Shown one piece after another: positions 1-9,908 of a stretch of 32,000 nt of DNA. Each line of letters begins with the position of its first letter. The first letter of the stretch is position 1. The position numbers and the translations under genes are program-made. The notes beneath the pieces were generated by a model that saw nothing but the letters and a program-made list of their open reading frames with translations, was not told the DNA's origin and did no database searches. The DNA is from Erysipelothrix larvae (GTDB lineage Bacteria; Bacillota_I; Bacilli_A; Erysipelotrichales; Erysipelotrichaceae): NCBI RefSeq assembly GCF_001545095.1, contig NZ_CP013213.1, positions 1,830,001 through 1,862,000 of the forward strand. Reading direction: 5' to 3'.

Positions 1-822
1 ATTTCGAATTACCTTAACACTGTTTTCTACACTTCCTTTTTCATGACCACTTCGTATATTAGTCAGGTTAATTTCAAAATTATAATAGAGTGCCAGTTTG
101 AGGCAATCATCATTAATTTCTTTTTCATAAGGCGTTATAAAGCGCTTCACGACGTTTCTCATATTGTCATATACAACTTCACCCCAAGAGCCTTTAGAAT
201 GCTCAAAGAAGCGAACATGTGCATCTATGAATACTTGTTTGCGTTGGTTTGGATATAAATATGCATACCGATATCCGCTTGCTGGTGATGAGAAAACAGC
301 GAGATAATATGTTCTTAGTTCACCATTAATTAAAAGCTTTACTTCTCCAAAGTCAAACTCTAACCGCTCACCATATCGATAATCTTGTCGAATAAATGTT
401 TCTCGTGAAGCTTGAATTTCATGCACAAAATTTCGTATGGTTGTCTGACCAATATCATGTCCCTCGCTTTTGATAATTTCAAATATTTGAGTGACTGTTA
501 ACTTTTGCTTATGATGTCTTCCTAGTAACATATCTTTATCTTTTTCTGAATCCATAATTTCAATGATGCGTGCTTGAATTTCTTGCGTTAACTTGCGCTT
601 ACCTCGTTTGCTTGCATCATAGTGACGGTCCCCAACAATTTGATCAATGACTTCTACTTTTCTTTCGTCTGATAAATCATGATTATCAATCAATTGTATT
701 TGACATTTATTATATTCCTGAAGATACCGTGCGACCGTCTTTCGGTCTATACCCAATTCAAGGGCAATCTTTCTGTTGGACCATCCTTTCTTTTTTAATG
801 TGATAATTGAATATTTGCTCAT
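1..822 (-). mobile_element. istA: IS21-family transposase IstA, first 274 codons (gene continues past the left edge)
   Basis: Absent from the ORF track because it is open at the window edge. My translation starts at the ATG at 822 (SD-like GGTGAAAGAGGTG just upstream) and reads MSKYSIITLKKKGWSNRKIALELGIDRKTVARYLQEY (HTH) ... GERLEFDFGEVKLLINGE ... VYDNMRNVVKRF. It is uninterrupted down to base 1, and the layout is typical of IstA. Confidence 0.8.
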
Positions 823-883
823 TTGTGATATCACCTCTTTCACCTCCAAAAGCATTATCACACACTTCTGAAGTTATAAAAAT

Positions 884-917
884 AGTGGACCAGTTTTCAA
901 TTGAGAATTGGCCCACT
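884..917. repeat. 34-bp imperfect palindrome upstream of istA, centred on CAATTG
   Basis: AGTGGaCCAgTTtTCAATTGAgAAtTGGcCCACT matches its own reverse complement at 28 of 34 positions. T-runs flank it on both strands. It lies 62 nt upstream of the istA ATG. Confidence 0.6.
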
Positions 918-1485
918 TTTAGATTAACAAATACAACAAGACGACTACTCATGAAAAATTTTAGCACAGAAAACTACAATACACAATCATAGAGTATGAG
1001 CATTAACTAAAATACCTACAATGAACTTTAAGAACTGCTCAATCACTTGCTTAAGACAAACCTAACTGTTTTCTTAACTATTATATACATGGTGTTTGTG
1101 GTTGTAATTTTGCGTAATTCAGGGAACGAATTTTATTCACTTGAGACCTCAAAACCATTTGGCAATCAATAAAGGTTTGGATACCAAAAGATCGTAGCAG
1201 TGACTTCCACCAACAAACTATTCACCGTATGCACCAAGGACGGTTGATTTGGGAACGTCCTTTCATCGTATATATCTTTTAAGGTATAACTACTTCAAAG
1301 ATTTCAAATTTCATCGGAAAAAAGTTAGATATGCTTACCGAACAAAAAACATTTCTAATATCACAAGTGTTGTTAGGTAACATGTATAAGCGTTTCATTC
1401 TAGAATTTTTCTTCAAATCAAACTACCTTATGAGACTAGTTAATTAATTACCTATTCTTTCTGATGAAATCTTTAAAAACATAGT

Positions 1486-2661
1486 CTAGTTTTCCTCAAA
1501 CAAATCACGTGTATAAACTTTTGAAGTAACGTCTATTAAATCATCACTCCATCTATTAGCCAAGATAACATCGGAAATCTTCTTAAACTCCGATACATCA
1601 CTTACTACTCTTGACTTGAAGAAAGTATCTTCTTTCATTGTGGGTTCATATATAACAACCTCAATACCTTTAGCCTTAATTCTCTTCATTATTCCCTGAA
1701 TCGCACTCTGCCTATAATTATCAGAACCTGATTTCATTGTTAGTCGATAAATCCCAACTATCGCAGGATTCTTTTGAATAATCATATTGGATATATGGTC
1801 TTTACGTGTTCTATTAGCATCAACTATTGCAGAAATCATGTTTTGAGGAACATTTTGATAATTTGCTAATAGTTGCTTAGTATCTTTTGGCAAACAATAT
1901 CCACCATAACCAAAAGAAGGGTTGTTATAATGCATTCCAATCCTTGGATCTAAACCAACGCCTTCAATGATTTTTTTTGAGTCTAAATCATTAACTTCAG
2001 CATATGTATCCAATTCATTAAAATATGCGATCCTTAACGCTAAATAAGTGTTTGAAAAAAGTTTAACAGCCTCAGCTTCTGTATTATTCATCAATAATAT
2101 ACTAACGTTCGGTTTTAAACATACATCACTAAGAATATTTGCAAAGTTCACTGCAAATTCGTCATCAGATCCGACGATGATTCTTGAAGGATATAAATTA
2201 TCATACAAGGCTTTACCTTCTCTCAAAAATTCTGGAGAAAAGCATATGTTCTCTTTTCCATATTTAACTTTAATTCTATTTGTATATCCTACAGGAATAG
2301 TAGATTTAATGATGATAGGTGCTTTTGTGTTAAATTGGATCACATCTTCAATTACTGACTCAATTGACTTCGTATCAAAAGTATTAGTAATTTCATCATA
2401 ATTAGTAGGTGTTGCTACAATAACAAGATCTGTATTCTTATAAGCAATTTCTTTGTCAGTGGTTGCTACTAAACTTAAATCTATATTATTAAGATATTCT
2501 ATAATTAAGTCATCATGGATTGGTGATTGTTTATTGTTAATCATATTAATCTTATTTTCATCAATATCCAGTGCTACAACACTATATTTTGTCGAAAGTA
2601 ATGTGGATAATGATAATCCTACATATCCTGTTCCTACAACAGTAATTTTATTTATAGTCAT
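1486..2661 (-). CDS. ugd: UDP-glucose 6-dehydrogenase
   Basis: 391 aa with an N-terminal Rossmann motif, [10 protein letters not shown]. It also has GGYCLPKDT with the catalytic Cys, typical of the UDP-glucose/GDP-mannose dehydrogenase family. The ATG at 2661 overlaps the upstream stop by 14 nt. Confidence 0.9.
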   Translation of the reverse strand: MTINKITVVGTGYVGLSLSTLLSTKYSVVALDIDENKINMINNKQSPIHDDLIIEYLNNIDLSLVATTDKEIAYKNTDLVIVATPTNYDEITNTFDTKSIESVIEDVIQFNTKAPIIIKSTIPVGYTNRIKVKYGKENICFSPEFLREGKALYDNLYPSRIIVGSDDEFAVNFANILSDVCLKPNVSILLMNNTEAEAVKLFSNTYLALRIAYFNELDTYAEVNDLDSKKIIEGVGLDPRIGMHYNNPSFGYGGYCLPKDTKQLLANYQNVPQNMISAIVDANRTRKDHISNMIIQKNPAIVGIYRLTMKSGSDNYRQSAIQGIMKRIKAKGIEVVIYEPTMKEDTFFKSRVVSDVSEFKKISDVILANRWSDDLIDVTSKVYTRDLFEEN

Positions 2662-3637
2662 AATATGTCACGTACCAATCTGTAAAATGCTGTAATCCAA
2701 TGTTTAATGAAGTTGAGGGTTTGAATCCGGTAATTTTATAAAGTTTATCAGTATTTGCATGCGTAGCTTTAACATCGCCAGGCTTAATAGGTTCAAAAAC
2801 TTTTTTGAAAGAAATTTCTTCTCCTAGACTATTTGAAAGACATGATTCTAATGTATAAATAAAATCCATTAATTTGGTTGGCTGGTTATTTCCAATATTG
2901 AATATTTCATGATTGCTATCAATACTTGTCTTTGATAGTTTAGCAATCCCTTCAACAATGTCGTCAATATATGTAAAATCCCTATATAAATCATATTTAA
3001 AATCACCATTATTATAAATATGAATTGGTTCATCTTTAAAATACCTATCTAAAAAGCTAAAATATGCCATATCTGGTCTTCCCATTGGACCATATACAGT
3101 GAAAAACCGAAGACCATAACATTTAATATCGTATAAATGTGAATAGACTTCCGCCATTAATTCATTTGTTTTCTTAGATGCAGCATACAAAGAAACAGGA
3201 TGGTCAACATTGTCAGATTCTTCAAAAGGAACTTTTTTATTTCCACCATAGACAGAACTGGACGAAGCATATAATAGCTTGTCAATGCCAAATTCCTTAG
3301 ATAGCTTTAAGATGTTATGGAACCCTACAATATTGCTTTCAATATAAGCATCAGGATTTTCTAAAGAATAGCGAACTCCAGCTTGAGCTGCAAGATTAAT
3401 AACCATCGAAATCCTATATGTATCAAAAATTTGCTTTAGTGATTTATAATCACATAAATCAACATTAAAAAAATGAAATTTATCAAAACTATTTAGTCGT
3501 TTTAGACGATCTTTTTTAAGATCTACAGAATAATAATCATTCAGATTATCAACGCCATAGACTGTTTCTCCTCTATCAAGATAATATTTTGCTAGATTCG
3601 AACCAATAAAACCAGCAACTCCTGTAATTAAATACAT
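2648..3637 (-). CDS. NAD-dependent sugar-nucleotide epimerase, UDP-glucuronate 4-epimerase-like
   Basis: Starts [15 protein letters not shown], with the SDR catalytic motif YAASK. It is adjacent to ugd. I chose the ATG at 3637 (SD GGAGGAATTATT-ATG) rather than the track start at 3667. Confidence 0.75.
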   Translation of the reverse strand: MYLITGVAGFIGSNLAKYYLDRGETVYGVDNLNDYYSVDLKKDRLKRLNSFDKFHFFNVDLCDYKSLKQIFDTYRISMVINLAAQAGVRYSLENPDAYIESNIVGFHNILKLSKEFGIDKLLYASSSSVYGGNKKVPFEESDNVDHPVSLYAASKKTNELMAEVYSHLYDIKCYGLRFFTVYGPMGRPDMAYFSFLDRYFKDEPIHIYNNGDFKYDLYRDFTYIDDIVEGIAKLSKTSIDSNHEIFNIGNNQPTKLMDFIYTLESCLSNSLGEEISFKKVFEPIKPGDVKATHANTDKLYKITGFKPSTSLNIGLQHFTDWYVTYYDYK

Positions 3638-3663
3638 AATAATTCCTCCATATTTATATGCAA

Positions 3664-4638
3664 TCAAGTCAAACTTGATTGCGCTAATTTCCTTCTTAGT
3701 AAAAAAAGTCTAAACCAATTTTTAAGCCATCTTCTAAATGGTGCATTAACAGCAAGATTTAATAAGGTTTGTATGAAAGGTTTGATTGAACTAGTTGACT
3801 TAATGTTATGTAAGAATTTGAGAAACACTCTTGTATCCTTCTTAAAGTTATCAACCTTCGTTGAATCATTAGCTCCATTATCTTCAAGATAATCTTTTAA
3901 TTCTTCGAGTACAAAGTTTTCAGAAGAAGCTAATTTTTTCCTTGAATACTCTGTACACAGGAATTGGCGCAATAAATTTGTATGTGAAATACCATCTGAT
4001 CTTACCCTATAATGTATCAACACTTCCGGAATATTATAGAACGTCATTCCATTTTTATTTGCCCTAACCCATAAGTCATAATCTTGAGCTGATGGTAGTG
4101 GATTATAACAACCAAGTTCAAGGTATTTTGATTTTTTCATCATAACCGAAGGGTGACATATTGGTGAATCAAATTGAAGGTATTCTTTAATATCTAAATC
4201 AGATATTGCAAGAAAATGTTTTTGTTCAATTGCTTCTCCTTGTTCACCTATTAATGCATAATCAGTACCAACAATATCAAGATTATCATTTATTTTAAAT
4301 GCATGAACCTGTTTTTCCAATCTATCTTTAAGTGATATATCATCTGCATCCATTCGAGCAATATAGTCAAATTTTGAAGCAGTAATTGCTTTATTCAAAC
4401 TTTTAGCAAGACCAATATTTGTTTCATTTGTTAAAACTTTGATTCTTGTATCAAGATTACTAATTCTGTTTAATATATTATTAATTCTTTTTGATTCAGG
4501 ATTGTCGTTAACAATTATAAATTCAAATCGACTAAATGTCTGATTAATCATTGATCGTACTGATTCAAAAATTAATTGTTCACTTTCATCATAAACACTC
4601 ATTATTATAGAAACATCAAATTCTTTTCTGCTAGTCAT
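3664..4638 (-). CDS. Family 2 glycosyltransferase
   Basis: 324 aa. VSIIMSVYDES...IIVNDNP...ARMDADDIS is a GT-A fold with a DxD motif. Confidence 0.85.
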   Translation of the reverse strand: MTSRKEFDVSIIMSVYDESEQLIFESVRSMINQTFSRFEFIIVNDNPESKRINNILNRISNLDTRIKVLTNETNIGLAKSLNKAITASKFDYIARMDADDISLKDRLEKQVHAFKINDNLDIVGTDYALIGEQGEAIEQKHFLAISDLDIKEYLQFDSPICHPSVMMKKSKYLELGCYNPLPSAQDYDLWVRANKNGMTFYNIPEVLIHYRVRSDGISHTNLLRQFLCTEYSRKKLASSENFVLEELKDYLEDNGANDSTKVDNFKKDTRVFLKFLHNIKSTSSIKPFIQTLLNLAVNAPFRRWLKNWFRLFLLRRKLAQSSLT

Positions 4639-4708
4639 AATTATTTTCCTTTCACTTACTGAACTTTTTACAATTGATTATTGAACATAAAAATCCGCGT
4701 AAAAATAC

Positions 4709-5929
4709 TTAAGTATTAATTCTAGAGCTTTTGTAGAAACCGCCAAAATAACTAAAACAGATGTAAAATGAGAAGTGCAAATATTCATTATTATAGTAAT
4801 CAAATTGCGAAGCTAGTAAAAATGTGAAGAAGAAAATTGTAGCTAGTATAGTGTCAGTATTAGTTTTATTAGTTGTATATTTATGAGTTAACCATAGAAT
4901 GTACATATAACTAGCCGAGGCGATTAATCCACCTCTATAGAGTACATCAATAAAAATGTTGTGAGGGTGGTCCATTAACGTTCGAGCTATATCAATTGAC
5001 TGATTAGCAAAACCAACTCCTAGAATAGGATTATTTGTTAGAACGTAATCAATACTTAATTGCCAAACAGTAAATCTATAAAACATGCTTCCCACTTTAT
5101 CCAATTGTTCTGCAATATAATACATAATAAAATTAGATCTTCCAAAGGATAAGAAAATGAATATAGCTAATACAAGTAAAAATGAATTTCTAAAAGTAAA
5201 ATATTTTCTTATTAAGTTAGGAAACTTTTTATATAATATGAGAGCAAAGAACAGGAATACGAGGGAAAAGAATGCAGCAAATGATCTTACATAACCAAAT
5301 GCTGAAGCAGTAATAAAGACTAGTGATATAAAATGCCATTCCTTGTTTTGCCGATACAAATATACTCCGACTAACATCAAAACAGGAATAACCCGAAATA
5401 TCGAACTATTATCAAATCCCCACAGATAGTTGTCTGTTACAATGCTCCCTGCAACTGAAGGAGTTTGGGAATAATCAACTACATACATTCCTTCTGGAAA
5501 AAAAACAAACATAGATAAAACACATAATAATAGCATAGACAATGAAATTGGGAATATTCTTTTTAAAAAATGATTGTATTTAAGCCCAACATCAAACAAC
5601 ATGACTAGCAAAACGATGGATGCAAACTGAACTAAAGACCACCATACTCTACCCTGATTCAATATAGTAGAGGTAAGAAATACAAATTGCATAAAAATAA
5701 TTACATACGAAACTACAGACTTTTTATTATAAAAAATGTAACATGGTAAGATTAAAAGCAAACAAGCAACTTTCATTAAGTCAAATACAATATCGAATTC
5801 TCCTAGTAACTCAGTAGCTGGTTGCAAAAATGTTAACATTGCTAAAGACAAGAAAATAGTATTTTCAAATAGCGCAGCTCTTAACTTACCTATATTAGTC
5901 TTCCAGTCAATATTCATAAAATAGTTCAT
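4709..5929 (-). CDS. wzy: Polysaccharide repeat-unit polymerase (O-antigen ligase/Wzy family membrane protein)
   Basis: 406 aa and hydrophobic throughout, with many predicted TM segments. The Wzy_C-like motif DHPHNIFIDVLYRGGLIA is present. The ATG directly abuts the upstream stop codon. Confidence 0.7.
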   Translation of the reverse strand: MNYFMNIDWKTNIGKLRAALFENTIFLSLAMLTFLQPATELLGEFDIVFDLMKVACLLLILPCYIFYNKKSVVSYVIIFMQFVFLTSTILNQGRVWWSLVQFASIVLLVMLFDVGLKYNHFLKRIFPISLSMLLLCVLSMFVFFPEGMYVVDYSQTPSVAGSIVTDNYLWGFDNSSIFRVIPVLMLVGVYLYRQNKEWHFISLVFITASAFGYVRSFAAFFSLVFLFFALILYKKFPNLIRKYFTFRNSFLLVLAIFIFLSFGRSNFIMYYIAEQLDKVGSMFYRFTVWQLSIDYVLTNNPILGVGFANQSIDIARTLMDHPHNIFIDVLYRGGLIASASYMYILWLTHKYTTNKTNTDTILATIFFFTFLLASQFDYYNNEYLHFSFYICFSYFGGFYKSSRINT

Positions 5930-7069
5930 CTAAATCTCCTCATTTGTATAGTAGCTGTTAAGAATAGAAACCATTCTTTCTACTTTAAATCGATCGCTAA
6001 GACCTTTCATAGTATTTTCACGGTCATTTATTAAATTCTCCTTAATAATCCCCATTATTTCAGTTGTCCATTTAGTTTTATCTTCAGTATCAATAAATAC
6101 AATATTATCAGAAATTTTCACTTCGTCTGGAACATTAGTTGAACATATTACATTAAGCCCAGATACTTGTGCTTCAACAGCAGCAAGTCCCAAACCTTCA
6201 AAAATTGAAGGAAGAATTAATAAATCCGAGGCAGATAATATCTGAGGAACATCAGTTCTATTTTCCAATATTAATATACTATTAGAAATTTCCAGCTTAT
6301 CTGCTGTATCTAGTATTTCCCCTTTTAGCGGTCCAGAACCTACTAGAATTAACTCAAGATTAGTATTTTTGATTAGTAACTCTTTAAACAATTGAAGAGA
6401 AAAACTATGGTTTTTTTCAAAACTAAATCTAGCAAGTTGGATAATTACAAATTTATTCTTTAACGATAACTTATCTCGGTAATCATGCCGAGAAGAGTCT
6501 GAGTATAAATAATCTTCATATTTAATTCCATTAGGAATGATCACACATTCATTTTTAGCTAGTACTTTCTTCCCAAATTTCCAATTAGCTGCTTCTTTCG
6601 AACATGCAAAAAAACGATCAGTGTAGCTCAAAAACGTTCTTTGAGAAATGAATCGAATTACTTTATGTTTAAGATTATCATTTCCTGTTGCATGTGAGTG
6701 AACAAATACTTGTTTTATGCCGATCATCTTCGCAATTTTAGAGCCTTGAGATAAGTTATATATGCTTCCGGAGTGAATATGAGCTATATCAATTGATGAG
6801 GATATATTACTCAATTGCTTTTTTATAGACTTTCTAAAATAAACTTTTCTAAGTCTACTTTCAAACGGTTTTGAATCAAAAAATACCTTTCCACCATTTG
6901 TTTTCACGACGTCTACTAGTTTTTGATTTGTACATTCAAACGGTGTAAGAATATGGTGAATCAAATCAACATTATTGTTATTATCAATTAAGTTCATTAG
7001 AAATGTTTCTTGACCACCAAAATTAAGGGGTTCACCAACTATATGTAAAATGTTAATCTTTTGTCCCAT
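5930..7069 (-). CDS. GT4-type (GT-B fold) glycosyltransferase
   Basis: PSIFEGLGLAAVEAQVSGLNVI is the E-x7-E motif. I chose the ATG at 7069 (SD AAGGTGA), which leaves no overlap with the upstream gene ending at 7071. Confidence 0.85.
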   Translation of the reverse strand: MGQKINILHIVGEPLNFGGQETFLMNLIDNNNNVDLIHHILTPFECTNQKLVDVVKTNGGKVFFDSKPFESRLRKVYFRKSIKKQLSNISSSIDIAHIHSGSIYNLSQGSKIAKMIGIKQVFVHSHATGNDNLKHKVIRFISQRTFLSYTDRFFACSKEAANWKFGKKVLAKNECVIIPNGIKYEDYLYSDSSRHDYRDKLSLKNKFVIIQLARFSFEKNHSFSLQLFKELLIKNTNLELILVGSGPLKGEILDTADKLEISNSILILENRTDVPQILSASDLLILPSIFEGLGLAAVEAQVSGLNVICSTNVPDEVKISDNIVFIDTEDKTKWTTEIMGIIKENLINDRENTMKGLSDRFKVERMVSILNSYYTNEEI

Positions 7070-7070
7070 T

Positions 7071-8000
7071 CTAATCACCTTCTTTAGGAACTTCAACTCT
7101 CGGATTAAAGAATAATCCTTTTATAGAACATCCAAGAATAATTGAAATCCTTTTAATTTTATTATCACATCTTGTCCCTAATACACGTAAGATATGATAA
7201 CCAATCTTAGCAAATTGATAAAGTCTGCCTCTAATTCCATTGTTTTTTGCAATGTACACCTCATTTCGATAAGCATACTTATATTTCCATAATTTACTTT
7301 TATCGTCTTTAGATATATCTGACCCAACATTTGTCTCTGTATAATGAACAACTTTACTTTTGCCAACAACAAACGAATAATTCTTTTTACTAATTCTATT
7401 TGAATATTCAATATCATCTCCCCAAATAAAGAAATCAGATATAGGTAGTCCTACTTCATAAATTGACTTGATTGATGTAAAAAATGACACAAATGTAGCC
7501 CGATCAGTTAAGATTAAACCTTCATCTAGATATTCCATTTTTTTATACCATTTTCTAACAAGCCTCTGCCTGTTCATCTCACAATATTTTCCATTTTTCC
7601 ACAGTACAACACTTGATAAAAAACCAAAGTTATTATTTAACCGGTCAGCTGCATTAATCAGCTCTCTGTGAGCATCTTGTTCAGCGTATGTGTCATCATC
7701 CATCAACCATACATACTTATATTCATTAGAATGATCTAAAACAGTCTTGATCCCAAAGTTAAATCCTCCTGCACCACCGATATTTTCACCTGTATTAAAA
7801 TAAAATACTTTATCTAGTAAGATATTGCTTTCTAAGTATTCGTAAGTTCCATCTGTACTACAGTTATCAATAATAAATAAATCAAAATCACGATTCGATT
7901 GTTGTAGCAATTTTTCTATCGTAGTTACTAATTGATTTTTTCTATTAAACGTCACAACGATAACAGCGGTTGTTTTATTTGATTTAGTCAACTTGAACAC
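7071..8000 (-). CDS. Family 2 glycosyltransferase, possibly a galactofuranosyl or rhamnosyl transferase
   Basis: AVIVVTFNRKNQL...FIIDNCSTDGT...WLMDDD. The start is ambiguous: GTG at 8000, or TTG at 7991 preceded by AGGTG. It overlaps the glf stop. Confidence 0.8.
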   Translation of the reverse strand: MFKLTKSNKTTAVIVVTFNRKNQLVTTIEKLLQQSNRDFDLFIIDNCSTDGTYEYLESNILLDKVFYFNTGENIGGAGGFNFGIKTVLDHSNEYKYVWLMDDDTYAEQDAHRELINAADRLNNNFGFLSSVVLWKNGKYCEMNRQRLVRKWYKKMEYLDEGLILTDRATFVSFFTSIKSIYEVGLPISDFFIWGDDIEYSNRISKKNYSFVVGKSKVVHYTETNVGSDISKDDKSKLWKYKYAYRNEVYIAKNNGIRGRLYQFAKIGYHILRVLGTRCDNKIKRISIILGCSIKGLFFNPRVEVPKEGD

Positions 8001-9099
8001 CTAATTCCTTCTCTACCAATTTAAGAACATTTTCAACAATATGGTGCATGTCATAATATCTGTATTCTGCCAGTCTTCCACCAAAAATAACATTCTCTTC
8101 TTTTTCAGCAAGAGTATAATATTTTTCAAAAATTCTATTGTTTTCATCATCATTAATTGGGTAATATGGTTCGTCACCAAGTTCCCATTCAGCGGAGTAT
8201 TCTTTTGTAATAACTGTTTTGCTTTGAGTTCCAAATTCAAAGTGCTTATGTTCGATAATACGTGTATATGGAACTTCTGCTTCTGTGTAATTTACAACTG
8301 CATTTCCTTGATAATTTTCAACATTATGTACTTCATGTTCGAATTTAAGACTTCTGTATTGAAGGGTCCCAAACTGATAATTATAAAATTGATCTATCAT
8401 CCCTGTAAATAAGACTTTATCAGCTTGCGCATCATATGATTCCCTGTTTTCAAAATAGTCAGCTTCTAATTCTACATCAATGTTTTCCAACCATTTATCG
8501 AAGAACACGTTATACCCTCCTATTGGAATCCCTTGATAGATATCATTGAAGTAGTTATTATCATATGTAAAACGTACAGGTAATCTCTTTATGATAAAAG
8601 ATGGCAATTCAGTGCATTTTCTTCCCCATTGTTTTTCCGTATAGCCTTTAATTAATTTTTCATAGATATCATATCCTACTAAATTAATTGCTTGCTCCTC
8701 GAGATTCTTCGGAGATTCTACATAATGAATACTTCTTTGCTCTTCAATCTTAGCTTTTGCTTCTTCAGGAGTTTTTACATTCCAAAGCTTATTAAAAGTA
8801 TTCATATTAAAAGGTAAATTGTATAATTCATCTTTATAAATTGCTATAGGTGAATTTGTATATCGATTGAATTCTGCAAATTGATTTAAATAGTTCCAAA
8901 CCTCTTTGTTACTTGTGTGAAATATATGTGCTCCATACCAGTGCACGTTTATACCTTCCATAGGTTTGCAATACATATTTCCTCCAACATGATCTCGTTT
9001 GTCTATTACTTTTACTTTTTTTCCTCTTTTCTGAGCTTCATAAGCAAATATTGATCCAAACGGACCAGCACCAACAACTAAATAATCATATTTTTTCAT
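7984..9099 (-). CDS. glf: UDP-galactopyranose mutase
   Basis: MKKYDYLVVGAGPFGSIFAYE...IDKRDHVGGNMY...YGAHIFHT...GRLAEYRYYDM is the classic Glf signature. I chose the ATG at 9099 (SD AAAGGAGA). Confidence 0.93.
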   Translation of the reverse strand: MKKYDYLVVGAGPFGSIFAYEAQKRGKKVKVIDKRDHVGGNMYCKPMEGINVHWYGAHIFHTSNKEVWNYLNQFAEFNRYTNSPIAIYKDELYNLPFNMNTFNKLWNVKTPEEAKAKIEEQRSIHYVESPKNLEEQAINLVGYDIYEKLIKGYTEKQWGRKCTELPSFIIKRLPVRFTYDNNYFNDIYQGIPIGGYNVFFDKWLENIDVELEADYFENRESYDAQADKVLFTGMIDQFYNYQFGTLQYRSLKFEHEVHNVENYQGNAVVNYTEAEVPYTRIIEHKHFEFGTQSKTVITKEYSAEWELGDEPYYPINDDENNRIFEKYYTLAEKEENVIFGGRLAEYRYYDMHHIVENVLKLVEKELGVQVD

Positions 9100-9112
9100 C
9101 AAAATCTCCTTT

Positions 9113-9907
9113 TTAGAAACTCTTCTCATATTTTTCTGAAGTTATCTTTGCCTTTAAGAAACTAGTACCTTTCTTAAGCCAGTTAACTGGTTCAATGTCT
9201 ATTACTGGAATTTCTTTTAAATTTAAATTTTCTAAATCTAGCCATACGTTAAATAATAATTCACTAATTCTGCCATAGAATCTAGCGTGAAACGGAGAAT
9301 ACCGAGAGTTATCAACTCTAAATTCCAAATCACTTAGTATTTCAAATAGCCACTTTAAATACCGGTTCATATCATCCTTCTTTAAAATCATCATATTAAA
9401 CATGTATCCTTCACGCCAAACCTTCAATTTCTCGAATGATTCAAAATACTCCGGGTATTTCTCTTTAATTATCATTCCTGTGATTTCAAGCGGTTCAACA
9501 TGAAGTGTATTCTCATAATGTGAGTATAGTGTTTCTACATAATAATTTCTTTTCTTTGGTACAATACCATCAAATTCATCGAGAATTGACTTTGCTTGTT
9601 CAAGTGTTAATACTGAATTCATTCTGTCTTTTGGATTTTTTGACATCGACTTCTTTAAAGCAAAGTATCTTCTATAGTGTACTAACCCAAGGTAATCAAC
9701 CTCTAAATTCTTCCAAGCCCAGTAAAGTCCTGTCAGCTCACTATAATACGGGTTTTTCTCAGATATATTATCACCACTATTGTCACCCATATATCCTATT
9801 TCACTATTACTATTTCCTTTACCAACGTGAATTGGTAAATAAAGATCATCATTTGGCATCATATATTCTTTATGAGCTGCAATTAATATTTTTATATTTT
9901 TTTTCAT
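9113..9907 (-). CDS. DUF4422-family protein (putative glycosyltransferase commonly found beside glf)
   Basis: MKKNIKILIAAHKEY...LPIHVGK...NPYYSELTGLYWAWKN...VHYRRYF resembles DUF4422. The ATG at 9907 lies directly after the upstream stop at 9909. Confidence 0.65.
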   Translation of the reverse strand: MKKNIKILIAAHKEYMMPNDDLYLPIHVGKGNSNSEIGYMGDNSGDNISEKNPYYSELTGLYWAWKNLEVDYLGLVHYRRYFALKKSMSKNPKDRMNSVLTLEQAKSILDEFDGIVPKKRNYYVETLYSHYENTLHVEPLEITGMIIKEKYPEYFESFEKLKVWREGYMFNMMILKKDDMNRYLKWLFEILSDLEFRVDNSRYSPFHARFYGRISELLFNVWLDLENLNLKEIPVIDIEPVNWLKKGTSFLKAKITSEKYEKSF

Positions 9908-9908
9908 T

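Noticed and set aside
43-992. Track ORFs 43-258 (+), 758-967 (-) and 807-992 (+)
   Set aside because: They overlap the istA reading frame or its upstream end region in other frames. The uninterrupted 274-codon IstA frame explains this interval.
1000-1485. About 480-nt stretch with no ORF of 60 aa or more between the IS region and ugd; looked for gene remnants or structured RNA
   Set aside because: I found only short broken frames and no convincing hairpin or motif. I cannot call it a pseudogene without a similarity search.
2048-2695. Plus-strand ORFs 2048-2401 and 2453-2695
   Set aside because: Both are antisense to ugd, which has clear family motifs. Neither has translation signals.
8013-8412. 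ORFs 8013-8240 (-) and 8041-8412 (+)
   Set aside because: They are alternative-frame or antisense ORFs inside glf, and their products are low-complexity.
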